Translations under genes and position numbers: made by a program | Notes under the pieces: model-generated | What the model was told of the DNA's origin: nothing | What the model saw: the letters and a program-made list of their open reading frames with translations, nothing else | The model's database searches: none | Part shown: positions 28,023-38,256 of the stretch, one piece after another | Position numbering within the stretch: position 1 is the stretch's first letter | How the letters are laid out: every line of letters starts with the position of its first letter | Assembly: GCA_964618765.1 (NCBI GenBank) | Contig: CAZUDZ010000001.1 | Location: 5,826-69,825 of the forward strand | Direction: 5' to 3' | Length of the DNA: 64,000 nt | Origin: an uncultured Candidatus Saccharibacteria bacterium | GTDB taxonomy: Bacteria > Patescibacteriota > Dojkabacteria > SC72

Positions 28023-29663
28023 ATGACATCTGAAAACAAGAAACAGAAAGACTCATTTGTAACAAGCCGATATAAACCAAAGGATAGGGATGGTGGATTT
28101 CCTTCTTCTATGCCTCGTTGGCAAAGAAGATTCTTTGAAATAATGCCAGGCCTTTTTGTTTGGACACTACTATTACTTCCAGTAATATTTGCAGTACTAA
28201 AGTTTGATATCGGAATGGTTGTATACATGTCTTTTCTTGTTATGTATTGGCTTTTTAGAACCTTCAAACTACTCATCGGGGTATATATAGGAGTAAAGAG
28301 GATGACTCTGCAGAGTAAAACTGACTGGGTTGGTGAAATTGAGAAGTTAAATTCTCCTAAACAGAAAGATTTAAGATACATATATCTCTGTCCTGTCTAC
28401 GCAGAAACATTAGAAATATTAGAACCCTCTTTTGAGAGTTGGGCAAACAGTGATATTGGTGCAGAGAAAATCGATGTAGTAGTAGCAATGGAGGAAAAGA
28501 AGAAGGATTTGCAGATTGAGAACTTTAATAAGCTTAAGAAGAAATATGGAGACAGATTTGGAAGCATGACATACTACATTCATCCTGCTGGAATAGTTGG
28601 TGAAGTGGCGGGGGTAAAAGGAGCAAATATCAATTGGGCAGCAAGGCATTTTGTAGAGAAGCTAGAGAAAGAAAACAAGAACTTAAGAAACTATCTTTTA
28701 ATAACCTGCGATTCTGATTTAAGAGCGCATCCTAAATACCTTTCTGCTGTAACATATAAATATCTAACGGTAGAAGACCCGGAGCGTACCTTCTATGCCT
28801 CTGCGATTCACTCTTTTAACAACAACATTTGGAATGTTCCTCCAATAATTAGAACTCAATCCAATATGTTAACTTTAGTAGTTTTGCATCTTTGGGTTTT
28901 TGATAGGTCATATAAATTTCCTTTCACCCAAGACAGGGTATATACAAAAGACACATTCTCTTCTTACATAGTCAATTTAAACACTTTAAAAGAGATACAG
29001 TTCTGGGATCCTGAGATTCCAAATGATGATACTGCCTTCTACTGGAACTCAATACTTAGATCAAAAGGCGAGTTTAAAAGTCAGGAGGTGTATGTTCCTA
29101 CATATAATGATGCGGTAGAAAACAAAACATTTCTTCAATCTCACGTATCTTTTTACAAACAACAGTACAGGTGGGGCTGGGGAATTATCAATTTCCCAAT
29201 ATCCTTAGCAGTAATGTTTTCTGACAAAAAGGATTTTCCTGCTTACAGAAAGATGCTCATGTTAAAAATGATGTTTGACTACCTCTGGGTACTTACAGTT
29301 GTTTTTGTTCTTACATTTGGACTGAATATAGTGGGTTGGATAAATCCTTCTTACCAATATACTGTTTTTGCATACAATCTACCAAGAATTCTCAGCTATA
29401 TATTCACTGTAGTAGTGTTTCTTAACATTCCGTTGGTTCTGTTTAGAAGAAAGATAACCCCAATCCCTAAAAATTGGAAATGGTGGAGACATATTCTAGA
29501 TTTCTTAGAGACATTTCTAATTGCTGTAAATATGTTAACTTTTGCCTTCATCCCATATATCCAAGCGATTACAGAAATGATGCTAGGTAGAACTCGCTTT
29601 AAACGCAATTTCTATGTTACGGAGAAGGTTAGAATAGAGGGAAAGGAAAAAGGAGATAGTTAA
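28023..29663 (+). CDS. Polytopic membrane glycosyltransferase, family 2-like (cellulose-synthase-like topology)
   Basis: N-terminal TM helices, a central cytoplasmic GT-A-like region (CDSD, GxKGxNxN-like segment), then five or more C-terminal TM helices with a QxxRW-like segment (QQYRWGWG). Confidence 0.6.
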   Translation: MTSENKKQKDSFVTSRYKPKDRDGGFPSSMPRWQRRFFEIMPGLFVWTLLLLPVIFAVLKFDIGMVVYMSFLVMYWLFRTFKLLIGVYIGVKRMTLQSKTDWVGEIEKLNSPKQKDLRYIYLCPVYAETLEILEPSFESWANSDIGAEKIDVVVAMEEKKKDLQIENFNKLKKKYGDRFGSMTYYIHPAGIVGEVAGVKGANINWAARHFVEKLEKENKNLRNYLLITCDSDLRAHPKYLSAVTYKYLTVEDPERTFYASAIHSFNNNIWNVPPIIRTQSNMLTLVVLHLWVFDRSYKFPFTQDRVYTKDTFSSYIVNLNTLKEIQFWDPEIPNDDTAFYWNSILRSKGEFKSQEVYVPTYNDAVENKTFLQSHVSFYKQQYRWGWGIINFPISLAVMFSDKKDFPAYRKMLMLKMMFDYLWVLTVVFVLTFGLNIVGWINPSYQYTVFAYNLPRILSYIFTVVVFLNIPLVLFRRKITPIPKNWKWWRHILDFLETFLIAVNMLTFAFIPYIQAITEMMLGRTRFKRNFYVTEKVRIEGKEKGDS

Positions 29664-29720
29664 TCTAGATTTCATATCCGTTTTGTAAAATATCTTTGAA
29701 TAAATTTAAAAGATATTATT

Positions 29721-30896
29721 ATGCTTCTAATTCTCTTTTTTCTACTACTCCTCACATCGCCCATATATGGAGATGGTTTTGATATGATAGGCAACTGTAG
29801 TTTTAATAGATACAGGCAAACTACAGCTATTTCTCTGTTCTTTCTTCCGGAGAGTGTAAGTAACGGGAATTTTGGGATCTCTTACGATACGAACTTAGTA
29901 GAGGGTACTAAAACAGAAGATGTTTGGGAAAATATTTCTCTAGGGACTTTAACAGAGAATGATTATTGGAGAAGAATACCAGGAGTTTTAGATAATGTTA
30001 GTGGGCCTCCTGGGACTGAGATAGATATCCTGTATTTCTTTCTTAACCAGACAGGTCATGCAGTAGAGGTTAGTAAAATAGCTCTCCCTTTCAGCAGGAC
30101 AAATTTAGATCAAGGTAATTGGCTAAAGCTAGCCTCTATGTATGGAAATTCTCCAATATACAGGGAGATACCAATTCCTTGGGAGCAACTTGTTCTTGGG
30201 AGGAAATCTCTTACTAAAGAGTATTCAGGTCCTGGTCTACTATACGATGGGCAGGGAGGATCAGAAGTAGTAGATTCATTGACCATCTCGGATCCGATAC
30301 TAATTAAGGATATCCAAGTAGTAAGGCAGCAAGATGGAGTTAAGATAACACTTTGGTTAGAAAATATCACAACTGAACCCTTGGAGGATATTCTTTTAGA
30401 ACATTTTAAATATGTAAAGGAAGTAACAATTCCTGCTCTTGAAGAGATAGAGGTTAGCTATCTACTTAAGGATTTTTCTGGCTCTGAGGTATTAAGGATA
30501 ACGAATCCTAATAGTGCACAGGAGTGTATAATCTATGGTAATTCATTCTCTGATTGGACTAAGACAGAAGCAATAACAGTTCTAGCATACAGAGAGGATG
30601 GTGGATGGGTAAATGGTTCATATGTACAGCCTGAGGTTGAAAGTTTCTGTATTAGGCAAATACCATATACGACAAACATCATATTAAGAGGATACGAAGA
30701 TATGTGGGATGAAACAGCTGTAAGTCAAAAAGAAGAAAAAGAGACAGCAGAAGGGGAAGCTACAGAGGAGGAGAGTAGTGTTAAAGAAGATAAGGAAGAG
30801 ATATTAGGTATATCTAGAGAGGCCTTAGATGATCAGGGGGTGCGAATAAAGAGGGATAACTTTTTACTACCTAAAACAGGCGTGGTAATATATTAG
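29721..30896 (+). CDS. Secreted protein ending in LPKTG followed by only five residues
   Basis: Signal MLLILFFLLLLTSPIYG. The C-terminus is ...NFLLPKTGVVIY*, with LPKTG at 30867-30881. Confidence 0.65.
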   Translation: MLLILFFLLLLTSPIYGDGFDMIGNCSFNRYRQTTAISLFFLPESVSNGNFGISYDTNLVEGTKTEDVWENISLGTLTENDYWRRIPGVLDNVSGPPGTEIDILYFFLNQTGHAVEVSKIALPFSRTNLDQGNWLKLASMYGNSPIYREIPIPWEQLVLGRKSLTKEYSGPGLLYDGQGGSEVVDSLTISDPILIKDIQVVRQQDGVKITLWLENITTEPLEDILLEHFKYVKEVTIPALEEIEVSYLLKDFSGSEVLRITNPNSAQECIIYGNSFSDWTKTEAITVLAYREDGGWVNGSYVQPEVESFCIRQIPYTTNIILRGYEDMWDETAVSQKEEKETAEGEATEEESSVKEDKEEILGISREALDDQGVRIKRDNFLLPKTGVVIY

Positions 30897-30897
30897 A

Positions 30898-32322
30898 ATG
30901 AAAATAGAAATAAAGGTTCCAGAATATGTACAAAAGGTAGGCAGAATTCTACTAAAAGAGGGCTATGATGCATATATCGTAGGTGGTGCTTTGAGGGATA
31001 TTGTAATAGGGAAAGAACCTCACGATTATGATTTGGCTACAAACGCTCTCCCAGATGAAATGTTAAATATGTTTCCTAAGGCTGTTTCTACTGGAGCGAA
31101 ATTCGGAACGATAGTAGTTTTAATGCAGGACAGGCATGGGGAGACACACGAAGTAGAAGTAACAACCTTCAGGAGCGAGTCTAACTATGTAGATGGTAGA
31201 TGGCCAGAGAGAGTAGATTTTGTAGAGGATATAGATAGAGATTTAGGTAGAAGAGACTTCACATTCAATGCCATGGCATTAGATCTTTCCCAATTGGATC
31301 TTAAAGGATCGGATGGACCACAGAAAGCTAACATATATGATCCATATGGAGGAATTAAGGATATTGAGAATAAGATAGTTAGGGCGGTAGGTACCCCCAT
31401 TGAGAGATTTAAAGAGGACGGGCTTAGGGCATTTAAGGCATGCAGGATGGCAGCCCAATTAGGGTTTGATATAGAGGGGGATACGCTTGAAGCAATAAAA
31501 AAGTCTACTCCAATTGCTTCTCAAGTATCTATGGAAAGGATAAGGGATGAATTTATGAAAATGCTTCTTAACTCACCAAAACCATCGGTAGGAATAGAAC
31601 TAATGAGGCAAACAGAACTTTTAAATATATTTATGCCAGAGCTATTAGAAGCTGTAGGTGTGGAACAGAAACTGTATCATGCTCACGATGTATATTGGCA
31701 TGCTCTTAAAACATGTGATGTAGCTCATGATAGTGTCAAACTTGCGGCATTACTACATGATATCGCAAAGCCCAGAACAGATATGGGGAACGGTCATTTT
31801 TACGGACATGACAAAATGGGGGCAGATATTGCTGAACAGATAATGAAGAGGATGAAGTTTTCACAAGCTGAAATAAACAGAGTGAAGATATTAATAGAGA
31901 ATCATATGTTCTACTATCCACATGTACAGGAGGACATGACTGAGGAAGAAAGAGAGAATATAGAGAAACATGAGTGGTCTGATTCTGCAGTTAGAAGATT
32001 CATACAAAGGGTAGGGGAAGAGAATATAGATGATCTTTTCAAATTAAGATTGGCTGATGCACAGTCCAATCCTTCTACAGCATTTAAGCCAGAAGAGATA
32101 ACAATACTGCAAAGAAGAATCTCAGAGGTTAGGAAACAGGATATGGCTCTTAAAATTACCGATTTAAATATAACGGGAGATGATTTAACAAACATAGGTG
32201 TGCAGAAGGGTCCTAGGATGGGTATCATATTAAACCAATTATTAGATATGGTAATAGAAGATCCACTTCTTAATAGTAAAGATAAACTGCTTGAAAAAGC
32301 AAAGGAATTGGCAACTAAATAA
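30898..32322 (+). CDS. cca: CCA-adding tRNA nucleotidyltransferase / poly(A) polymerase family with an HD domain
   Basis: Pol-beta nucleotidyltransferase motif GGALRDIVIGKEPHDYDLAT and an HD domain (HDIAKP...HD). Confidence 0.8.
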   Translation: MKIEIKVPEYVQKVGRILLKEGYDAYIVGGALRDIVIGKEPHDYDLATNALPDEMLNMFPKAVSTGAKFGTIVVLMQDRHGETHEVEVTTFRSESNYVDGRWPERVDFVEDIDRDLGRRDFTFNAMALDLSQLDLKGSDGPQKANIYDPYGGIKDIENKIVRAVGTPIERFKEDGLRAFKACRMAAQLGFDIEGDTLEAIKKSTPIASQVSMERIRDEFMKMLLNSPKPSVGIELMRQTELLNIFMPELLEAVGVEQKLYHAHDVYWHALKTCDVAHDSVKLAALLHDIAKPRTDMGNGHFYGHDKMGADIAEQIMKRMKFSQAEINRVKILIENHMFYYPHVQEDMTEEERENIEKHEWSDSAVRRFIQRVGEENIDDLFKLRLADAQSNPSTAFKPEEITILQRRISEVRKQDMALKITDLNITGDDLTNIGVQKGPRMGIILNQLLDMVIEDPLLNSKDKLLEKAKELATK

Positions 32323-32397
32323 ATGAGCCCTTGTAAAGAGTTACTTAAATCCTCTATTATATATACATCCTAACTTAGTTAAAAGTTAACTGCTTAA

Positions 32398-33804
32398 ATG
32401 ACCATACAATTTCTAGGAGCTGCTAAAACAGTAACAGGATCATGCTTTTACATAGAAACTGATCAGACAAAATTTCTTGTAGATTGCGGAGCATTTCAAG
32501 GACCCGAAGAGATAGAGGAAAGAAACTATGAACCTTTTCCATTTAGTCCAAGTGATATAGATTTTGTATTTCTTACTCATGCCCATTTTGATCACTGTGG
32601 GAGAATTCCTCTTCTTGTAAAACAAGGTTTCAAAGGGAGGATAATATCTACTCAGCCTACGAGAGATTTAGTTAGAATAATTCTTTTAGATTCAGCTAGT
32701 CTTCAAAAAGAAGAGTACGAGAGGTGGCTAGCCAGGCCGAAAGGTTCTTCAAATTCAGAAGAAGATAAGCGTAAAAAGCCTTTGTATACGGAGGAAGATG
32801 TTGAAGAGGCTATGAAATTTTTTGAAGTATACCCATATAGCGATTCTGTTAATTTGGCTGAAGGGTGTGAATTTAGAATGAGAGATGCAGGACATATTTT
32901 GGGATCAGCAATATTTGAACTTTGGGTGAAAAATGAAGCAGGAAGGATGAGAAAGCTGGTTTTCTCAGGAGATCTAGGCCAACCTGGAGCAAGAATTGTA
33001 AAAGACCCAGACCTCATAAGAGAGGCAGATTATGTTATCTGTGAATCTACATATGGGAATAGGTTACATAAAAACAGAAATGAAACAGTCTTAGAATTCC
33101 TAACAGCTCTTAAAAGTGCTCAAAAAGTTGGAGGGAACATTTTAATACCATCTTTTGCAATAGAAAGAACTCAAGAGATACTCTATGAATTAAACCTTTT
33201 TGTAGAAAACAAGTTAATAGAGAATATTCCAGTATATTTAGACAGTCCAATGGCAGCGAAGGCAACAGAAGTATTCAAACAGTATCCTAACTTCTATGAC
33301 GAGGATGCAAAAAGATTACTCAAACAGGGAGATGACCCTTTTGAATTCCAAGGGTTTCAGAAAATAGAATCAGTAGACGAGTCCAAGAGATTAGCTGCTA
33401 AAAAGGGAGTCATAATAATAGCTGGTAGTGGGATGTGCACAGGAGGGAGAATTCTCCATCATCTTAAAAATAACATAGAAGATCCTTCAACTCATTTAAT
33501 AATTGTAGGTTACCAAGTAAAAGGGACTTTGGGAAGAAGGTTTGTAGATCAGGAGAAGGTTGTGAAGATTTTTGGGAAGGAGTACGAAAATGTTGTTAAA
33601 CTATTTACCCTTGGAGGATTCTCAGGTCATGGAGATCAAAGAGATTTAAGATATTGGTTAAGAAGTTTTGGACATACTCCTAGAAAGATATTTTTGGTAC
33701 ATGGAGATGAGGATGTTATTACCGATTTCAAAAAGGGCTTAGAGGAGGAAATCCCTACGGAAATACAAGTACCAGACCATGGAGAATTAGTTAAATTAGA
33801 GTAA
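32398..33804 (+). CDS. Metallo-beta-lactamase / beta-CASP ribonuclease (RNase J / CPSF-like)
   Basis: HAHFDHCGRIP (HxHxDH), a beta-CASP region, and a C-terminal HGD motif (FLVHGDED). Confidence 0.75.
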   Translation: MTIQFLGAAKTVTGSCFYIETDQTKFLVDCGAFQGPEEIEERNYEPFPFSPSDIDFVFLTHAHFDHCGRIPLLVKQGFKGRIISTQPTRDLVRIILLDSASLQKEEYERWLARPKGSSNSEEDKRKKPLYTEEDVEEAMKFFEVYPYSDSVNLAEGCEFRMRDAGHILGSAIFELWVKNEAGRMRKLVFSGDLGQPGARIVKDPDLIREADYVICESTYGNRLHKNRNETVLEFLTALKSAQKVGGNILIPSFAIERTQEILYELNLFVENKLIENIPVYLDSPMAAKATEVFKQYPNFYDEDAKRLLKQGDDPFEFQGFQKIESVDESKRLAAKKGVIIIAGSGMCTGGRILHHLKNNIEDPSTHLIIVGYQVKGTLGRRFVDQEKVVKIFGKEYENVVKLFTLGGFSGHGDQRDLRYWLRSFGHTPRKIFLVHGDEDVITDFKKGLEEEIPTEIQVPDHGELVKLE

Positions 33805-33822
33805 TTGTTTTAGACACAACCT

Positions 33823-34770
33823 ATGGATAAATATCCAGAGATAGAGAAAATATATAATGATATAAAAGATTTGAACATTCAGGGTGCTACCAATGTTGCA
33901 ATCGCAACATTCGAAGGAATGAATCTGTATGAAGAAATAAGTAAACAGGAGGAGAAAGAGCTGTTTTACAAAGAGTTCTTTGAGGTAGGGGACAAGCTTT
34001 CTCATGCTAGGGTAAATGAGCCTCTAGCTACAAATGGTGTTAAATATGTGAAATACTCTTTTGATAAAAAATATTCCGTTTTACCAGAGTTAGCAACCAT
34101 GAAACGAGAGTTAGTGAAGCTCTCTGAGGATTTTCTTGATATTATCGGACAATCTAAGAAGGATCTGATAGATAAATCATGGAGGTTCTTCTCTAACTAC
34201 AACAAGATATTTACTCACTGTCACTCTTCTACCGCTGTATCATTAATTAAATCAATTTCTAAAAACAAGCCTAAATTCGAAGCAGTTTGTACAGAGACAA
34301 GACCAAAACTACAAGGGAGAATCACAGCTAAGAGTTTACTTGAGGCCAAAATTAAAACTACCCTCATTGTAGATAATGCTGGAGAATCATTCATCATAAA
34401 TAGAGGTACTGTTCCAGTAGAGATAATTTTCATCGGTTGTGATCAGATTACTTTACAAGGTCATGCCATTAACAAGATAGGTAGCTGGGGATTAGGAATG
34501 GCTGCACATTTTGCAGACAAACCGTTCTATGTAGTTACACCTTTTCTTAAACTTGATGTAGACTCTTATCATGGCAGTGTAGAGATTGAAGTGAGAGAAA
34601 ACGATGAACTATGGAAGGATGCTCCAAAGGGATTGAATATGCATAATCCTGCATTTGAAGTTGTAGATAAGGCATTGATTACTGGTTATGTAACAGAGTT
34701 GGGGATTATAAGGGCAGATGATATTAAAAAAACAGCTAAAGAGCACTATCCTTGGCTGTTTACTACTTAA
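33823..34770 (+). CDS. eIF-2B alpha/beta/delta-like (e2b2) protein, ribose-1,5-bisphosphate isomerase-like
   Basis: GCDQITLQGHAINKIGSWGLGMAAHFADKPFYVVTP matches the e2b2/MtnA family core. Confidence 0.7.
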   Translation: MDKYPEIEKIYNDIKDLNIQGATNVAIATFEGMNLYEEISKQEEKELFYKEFFEVGDKLSHARVNEPLATNGVKYVKYSFDKKYSVLPELATMKRELVKLSEDFLDIIGQSKKDLIDKSWRFFSNYNKIFTHCHSSTAVSLIKSISKNKPKFEAVCTETRPKLQGRITAKSLLEAKIKTTLIVDNAGESFIINRGTVPVEIIFIGCDQITLQGHAINKIGSWGLGMAAHFADKPFYVVTPFLKLDVDSYHGSVEIEVRENDELWKDAPKGLNMHNPAFEVVDKALITGYVTELGIIRADDIKKTAKEHYPWLFTT

Positions 34771-34788
34771 GTTGTGTAATAAATTAAT

Positions 34789-36300
34789 ATGGCTTTCTAT
34801 TTAAGAAGTAAAAATTTAGATTTGGGAGAAGATAGTGATTTGAATATTGTTTTAAATCGTAAAGATGCAGAAAGATTAGGAGTAAGGGAGGGGGAGATTG
34901 CTCTTGTTGGCTTAGGAGAGGTAGAACTGCATGTTAATGTAATGGAAACAGACTCGAATGTTGCTGAGGGTGAAATCGGTCTTTTCGAAGAAATATGGAA
35001 GGAGTACAGAATAGAGAGTGGATCTTCTGTTTTTGTGGATATACCTAATCCTACGGAATCTTTAGGATTAATAAGTAAGAAGCTATTAGGACACAATCTT
35101 AAGGAAGAGGAATTGAAATTGATCATGAAGGACATAGGAAGTCGGAAGTTAAGGGAAACAGAGATAGCTTTTTTCATTTCAACATTCTTTAACCCTGGAT
35201 TTAATGATGATGAAATATATTGGATGACCAAGGGAATGGCAGGCTCTGGTGATATTCTAGACTTTAAGGGCATAAGGGGGAATGGTCATTTAGTAGCGGA
35301 CAAACACTCCATTGGGGGAGTAGCAGGAAAAGCAATAACACCAACCTTGGTCCCAATATTAGTCTCTGGAGGATTGATAGTTCCTAATACTTCTACCAGA
35401 GCAATAACCTCTCCTGCTGGGACATCAGATATTTTGGAAGTAGTAATGCCCGTAGCACTGTCTAAAGAGAAAGTAATGGAAGTGGTCAAGCAAACAGGAG
35501 GGTGTATGTTCTGGGGTGGTTCTTTAGATCTTTCTCCTGCAGATGATGTAATTATTAATGTTGAACGATCTTTAAGAATACAGGAATTCCAAAAGGTTCT
35601 AGTTAGTATCGTTGCTAAGAAAATCTCAATGGGTGTTACCCATATCCTCATAGATTTGCCATATGGAAAAGGTTCTAAGATAGAGAGAGTAGATGATGTC
35701 CAGATGTTAGACAGGGAGTTTAAGAAACTATTCAAGAAATTCAACATCCATTGTGAAACGATCAAGAGAGTTATTAAAGGTCCTGATGGGAGAAGCATTG
35801 GACCAAACATGGAGATTAAAGAGGCTCTGAAGATTTTGGAAGGAGATCAGGGTAAGTCTCAGGAGTTAGAGGACTCCGTCATAGAGATGGCGACTCGGTT
35901 GTTTGAAGGAACAAAAACAGTTGAGAGAGGGCAGGGTAAGAAATTTGCACAAGAAATTTTAAGCTCAGGGAAAGCTTTGGATAAATTCTGGGAGATAGCT
36001 TTTGCTCAGGGGGCAATTAAAAGGGTTAATTCATCTGAGATAAAGTCTGGGAATTTACAGTATGATGTTATTTCAGATCGAAATGGAGTGGTAAAATCGT
36101 TGGATAATACTGGATTGGTGAGTATTGCGAAGGCATTAGGTAACCCTAAGATAAAGGAGGCAGGAATATATATGCATAAAGTGCAGGGTGAACAGGTTAG
36201 CAAGGGTGATGTTTTAATAACACTGTATGCCACAACAGAGGCTAGACTAGGAAGTGCGAAGGAGATTTTAGATATAAATAAACTATATACTTTTAAATAG
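34789..36300 (+). CDS. AMP phosphorylase (thymidine phosphorylase family, archaeal-type with an N-terminal extension)
   Basis: Pyrimidine-nucleoside phosphorylase core (HSIGGVAGKAITPTLVPILVSGGLIVPNTSTRAITSPAGTSDILE) plus an ~90-aa N-terminal domain typical of archaeal AMPpase. Confidence 0.7.
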   Translation: MAFYLRSKNLDLGEDSDLNIVLNRKDAERLGVREGEIALVGLGEVELHVNVMETDSNVAEGEIGLFEEIWKEYRIESGSSVFVDIPNPTESLGLISKKLLGHNLKEEELKLIMKDIGSRKLRETEIAFFISTFFNPGFNDDEIYWMTKGMAGSGDILDFKGIRGNGHLVADKHSIGGVAGKAITPTLVPILVSGGLIVPNTSTRAITSPAGTSDILEVVMPVALSKEKVMEVVKQTGGCMFWGGSLDLSPADDVIINVERSLRIQEFQKVLVSIVAKKISMGVTHILIDLPYGKGSKIERVDDVQMLDREFKKLFKKFNIHCETIKRVIKGPDGRSIGPNMEIKEALKILEGDQGKSQELEDSVIEMATRLFEGTKTVERGQGKKFAQEILSSGKALDKFWEIAFAQGAIKRVNSSEIKSGNLQYDVISDRNGVVKSLDNTGLVSIAKALGNPKIKEAGIYMHKVQGEQVSKGDVLITLYATTEARLGSAKEILDINKLYTFK

Positions 36301-38173
36301 AACCTATTGGTCTTTTCCTTTCTTTTCCCTTCTTTCCTTTCTTCTTTCTAACAAGGTAAGAGATTGTAGATATAAGGGATATCAGAATAGTTAATAGTAT
36401 CAATATTGGTATAGAGACTAAAAGAGCTTTTCCTAATACGGTGGTTTTTAATGCAGTAGTTATCAAGGAAATAACTTTAGGAGATGTAGCTTCTCGGATT
36501 TCACCTTTAGCAACAAGATCTGTATATGTCTTTAATTCATCCAAGTTGATCTCATCTTCAACACCATGAATCCTTATACTAAATCCTTCGGTTGTTAAAT
36601 CCACAATATCATTTGCAGAGTATATTCGTATATTTGAAAGCGAATCATTATTAAAAACTTCCCACAAAACTCTGTCTACCATTTGACCAATCTTAAAATT
36701 GTTGCTCTCAAAAGTAGGGTCTACGGAAAGCCATCCATACTCAGGAATCCAGATTTGTACCCATTGATGCCTTACTTGATTTGCAGTTGCAGTATTTCTA
36801 AGATTTGCGTACCCAATTGCAGCTCTTGTAGGAACCCCCTGTGCTCTTAATAGTGAAATCATTACATCAGCGTACTCCATACACACGGATGCTCCTCCCA
36901 GAAGAGCTTCCTTGGCTCCGATTCTTTCATTCTCGGAAGTTGCCTTCTGTTGATCATACTCTAGTTTTTCATTAATATATTGATAATTAGTTTGGACTAG
37001 ACTCAACAGAGTCTCTTGATTCTCTTTTAATGCCTGTGCTTCTTGCCTGATGAAATCATCATTACTTTGCCAGTATTTTGTAGCAGCAAGATATCTTTTT
37101 ACATATTCGCTTTTTCCTACAGCTTCTAGATATTGGTCATACCTCATATCAAAAGAATCCCAATCCTCTGTATATTCCTCCTGCTTGACGGAGATATATC
37201 CAGAGATATTAATACTACTTTTTTGATTAGCTGGTACTTCAAAAAGTGCCAGAATATTCCCCTCCTTGTCTTTGTAAATGTCTTTTGGAGGAGGAGATAC
37301 TTTTTCGAAATATACCTGCTGATTTGTTTCCGAGAACTCTCGTGGCAAAGATAGCTCGTAGATGTTTGTAGAGAGAGCTTTAAATGTAGAAGAGTATTTC
37401 TCAGAAATGAGAGAATCTGTTTTAGGGGTTACATAGTTTAAGTCAAATTTGTAAAGAACAGAGGTCCCAAATTCTAAGGAGGGAGAATTTGAAATTCTGT
37501 CTGTTTGTTTAAATTCAAAGTGGGTTTTGTCACTCTCATCTGTTTTTGTAAACTTAGGAAAAGCTTTGGCTAGAGGAGCAATATCTTGGTCTACTACGAT
37601 GGTAAAATAGTAGTTAAATACTGTTACTGTTCCATTTTCTTCATCTTTTCTTTCGAAGATAGTGTCTTTAGGTAAAGATGTTCCAACTATGTTAACAAAA
37701 CTACCAATTTTGGTAATATAGTCGTGGGAATTGTACTGCATGATAATATGGTATGGAGAGGTGGAGGTTGTGGATTTGTAGTTTGGCACAGTAATGTAAA
37801 TACCTTCCCCTGAGTCTTTTTCCTCAATAGAATATTTAACACTGTTTCCTTTGGAGTCTTTAACTGTGAGGGAATCCAGCTTGTATTTTCTTTCTAATTG
37901 AATTTCCTCCTCTTGATTGGTAGAGAGATCGGGGATATGGAATACCTTTTCTCCCGATGGGGAGAAGTAATAGGTGCTATTTTTTACAGTTCTAATGTAC
38001 TCTGTTTTTATGGTAGCAAAATCTTCTCCTGTGTTGTACTGCACTTCTGTTTTAGTATCAACTACAAAGTCTTCGTCTGAATCAGCTGCGACTGCCTTTT
38101 GTGAGAAAAGTAAGAGTAAGGATCCTAAAAGGAGTATAGGGAGGAGTATTTTTTGTGAATTCTTCATTCTCAA
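36293..38173 (-). CDS. Large surface protein with a transglutaminase-like cysteine-protease core, an N-terminal signal and a C-terminal TM plus poly-basic tail
   Basis: Core Cys motif ASVCMEYADVMISLLRAQGVPTRAAIGY. C-terminus ...LLVSIPILILLTILISLISTISYLVRKKKGKKGKERKRPIGSI. Confidence 0.75.
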   Translation of the reverse strand: MRMKNSQKILLPILLLGSLLLLFSQKAVAADSDEDFVVDTKTEVQYNTGEDFATIKTEYIRTVKNSTYYFSPSGEKVFHIPDLSTNQEEEIQLERKYKLDSLTVKDSKGNSVKYSIEEKDSGEGIYITVPNYKSTTSTSPYHIIMQYNSHDYITKIGSFVNIVGTSLPKDTIFERKDEENGTVTVFNYYFTIVVDQDIAPLAKAFPKFTKTDESDKTHFEFKQTDRISNSPSLEFGTSVLYKFDLNYVTPKTDSLISEKYSSTFKALSTNIYELSLPREFSETNQQVYFEKVSPPPKDIYKDKEGNILALFEVPANQKSSINISGYISVKQEEYTEDWDSFDMRYDQYLEAVGKSEYVKRYLAATKYWQSNDDFIRQEAQALKENQETLLSLVQTNYQYINEKLEYDQQKATSENERIGAKEALLGGASVCMEYADVMISLLRAQGVPTRAAIGYANLRNTATANQVRHQWVQIWIPEYGWLSVDPTFESNNFKIGQMVDRVLWEVFNNDSLSNIRIYSANDIVDLTTEGFSIRIHGVEDEINLDELKTYTDLVAKGEIREATSPKVISLITTALKTTVLGKALLVSIPILILLTILISLISTISYLVRKKKGKKGKERKRPIGSI

Positions 38174-38256
38174 GGCAGTAAATTAATATAAATGGTACAC
38201 ACTCTTCTATTTATTACTGAGCTACATTATATATATCATATCATCTATTATTATTA

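Noticed and set aside
30867-30881. LPKTG at the C-terminus of the 29721-30896 protein as a bona fide sortase sorting signal
   Set aside because: No hydrophobic segment or charged tail follows; there are only 5 residues to the stop. It is reported as an oddity but not annotated as a sorting signal.
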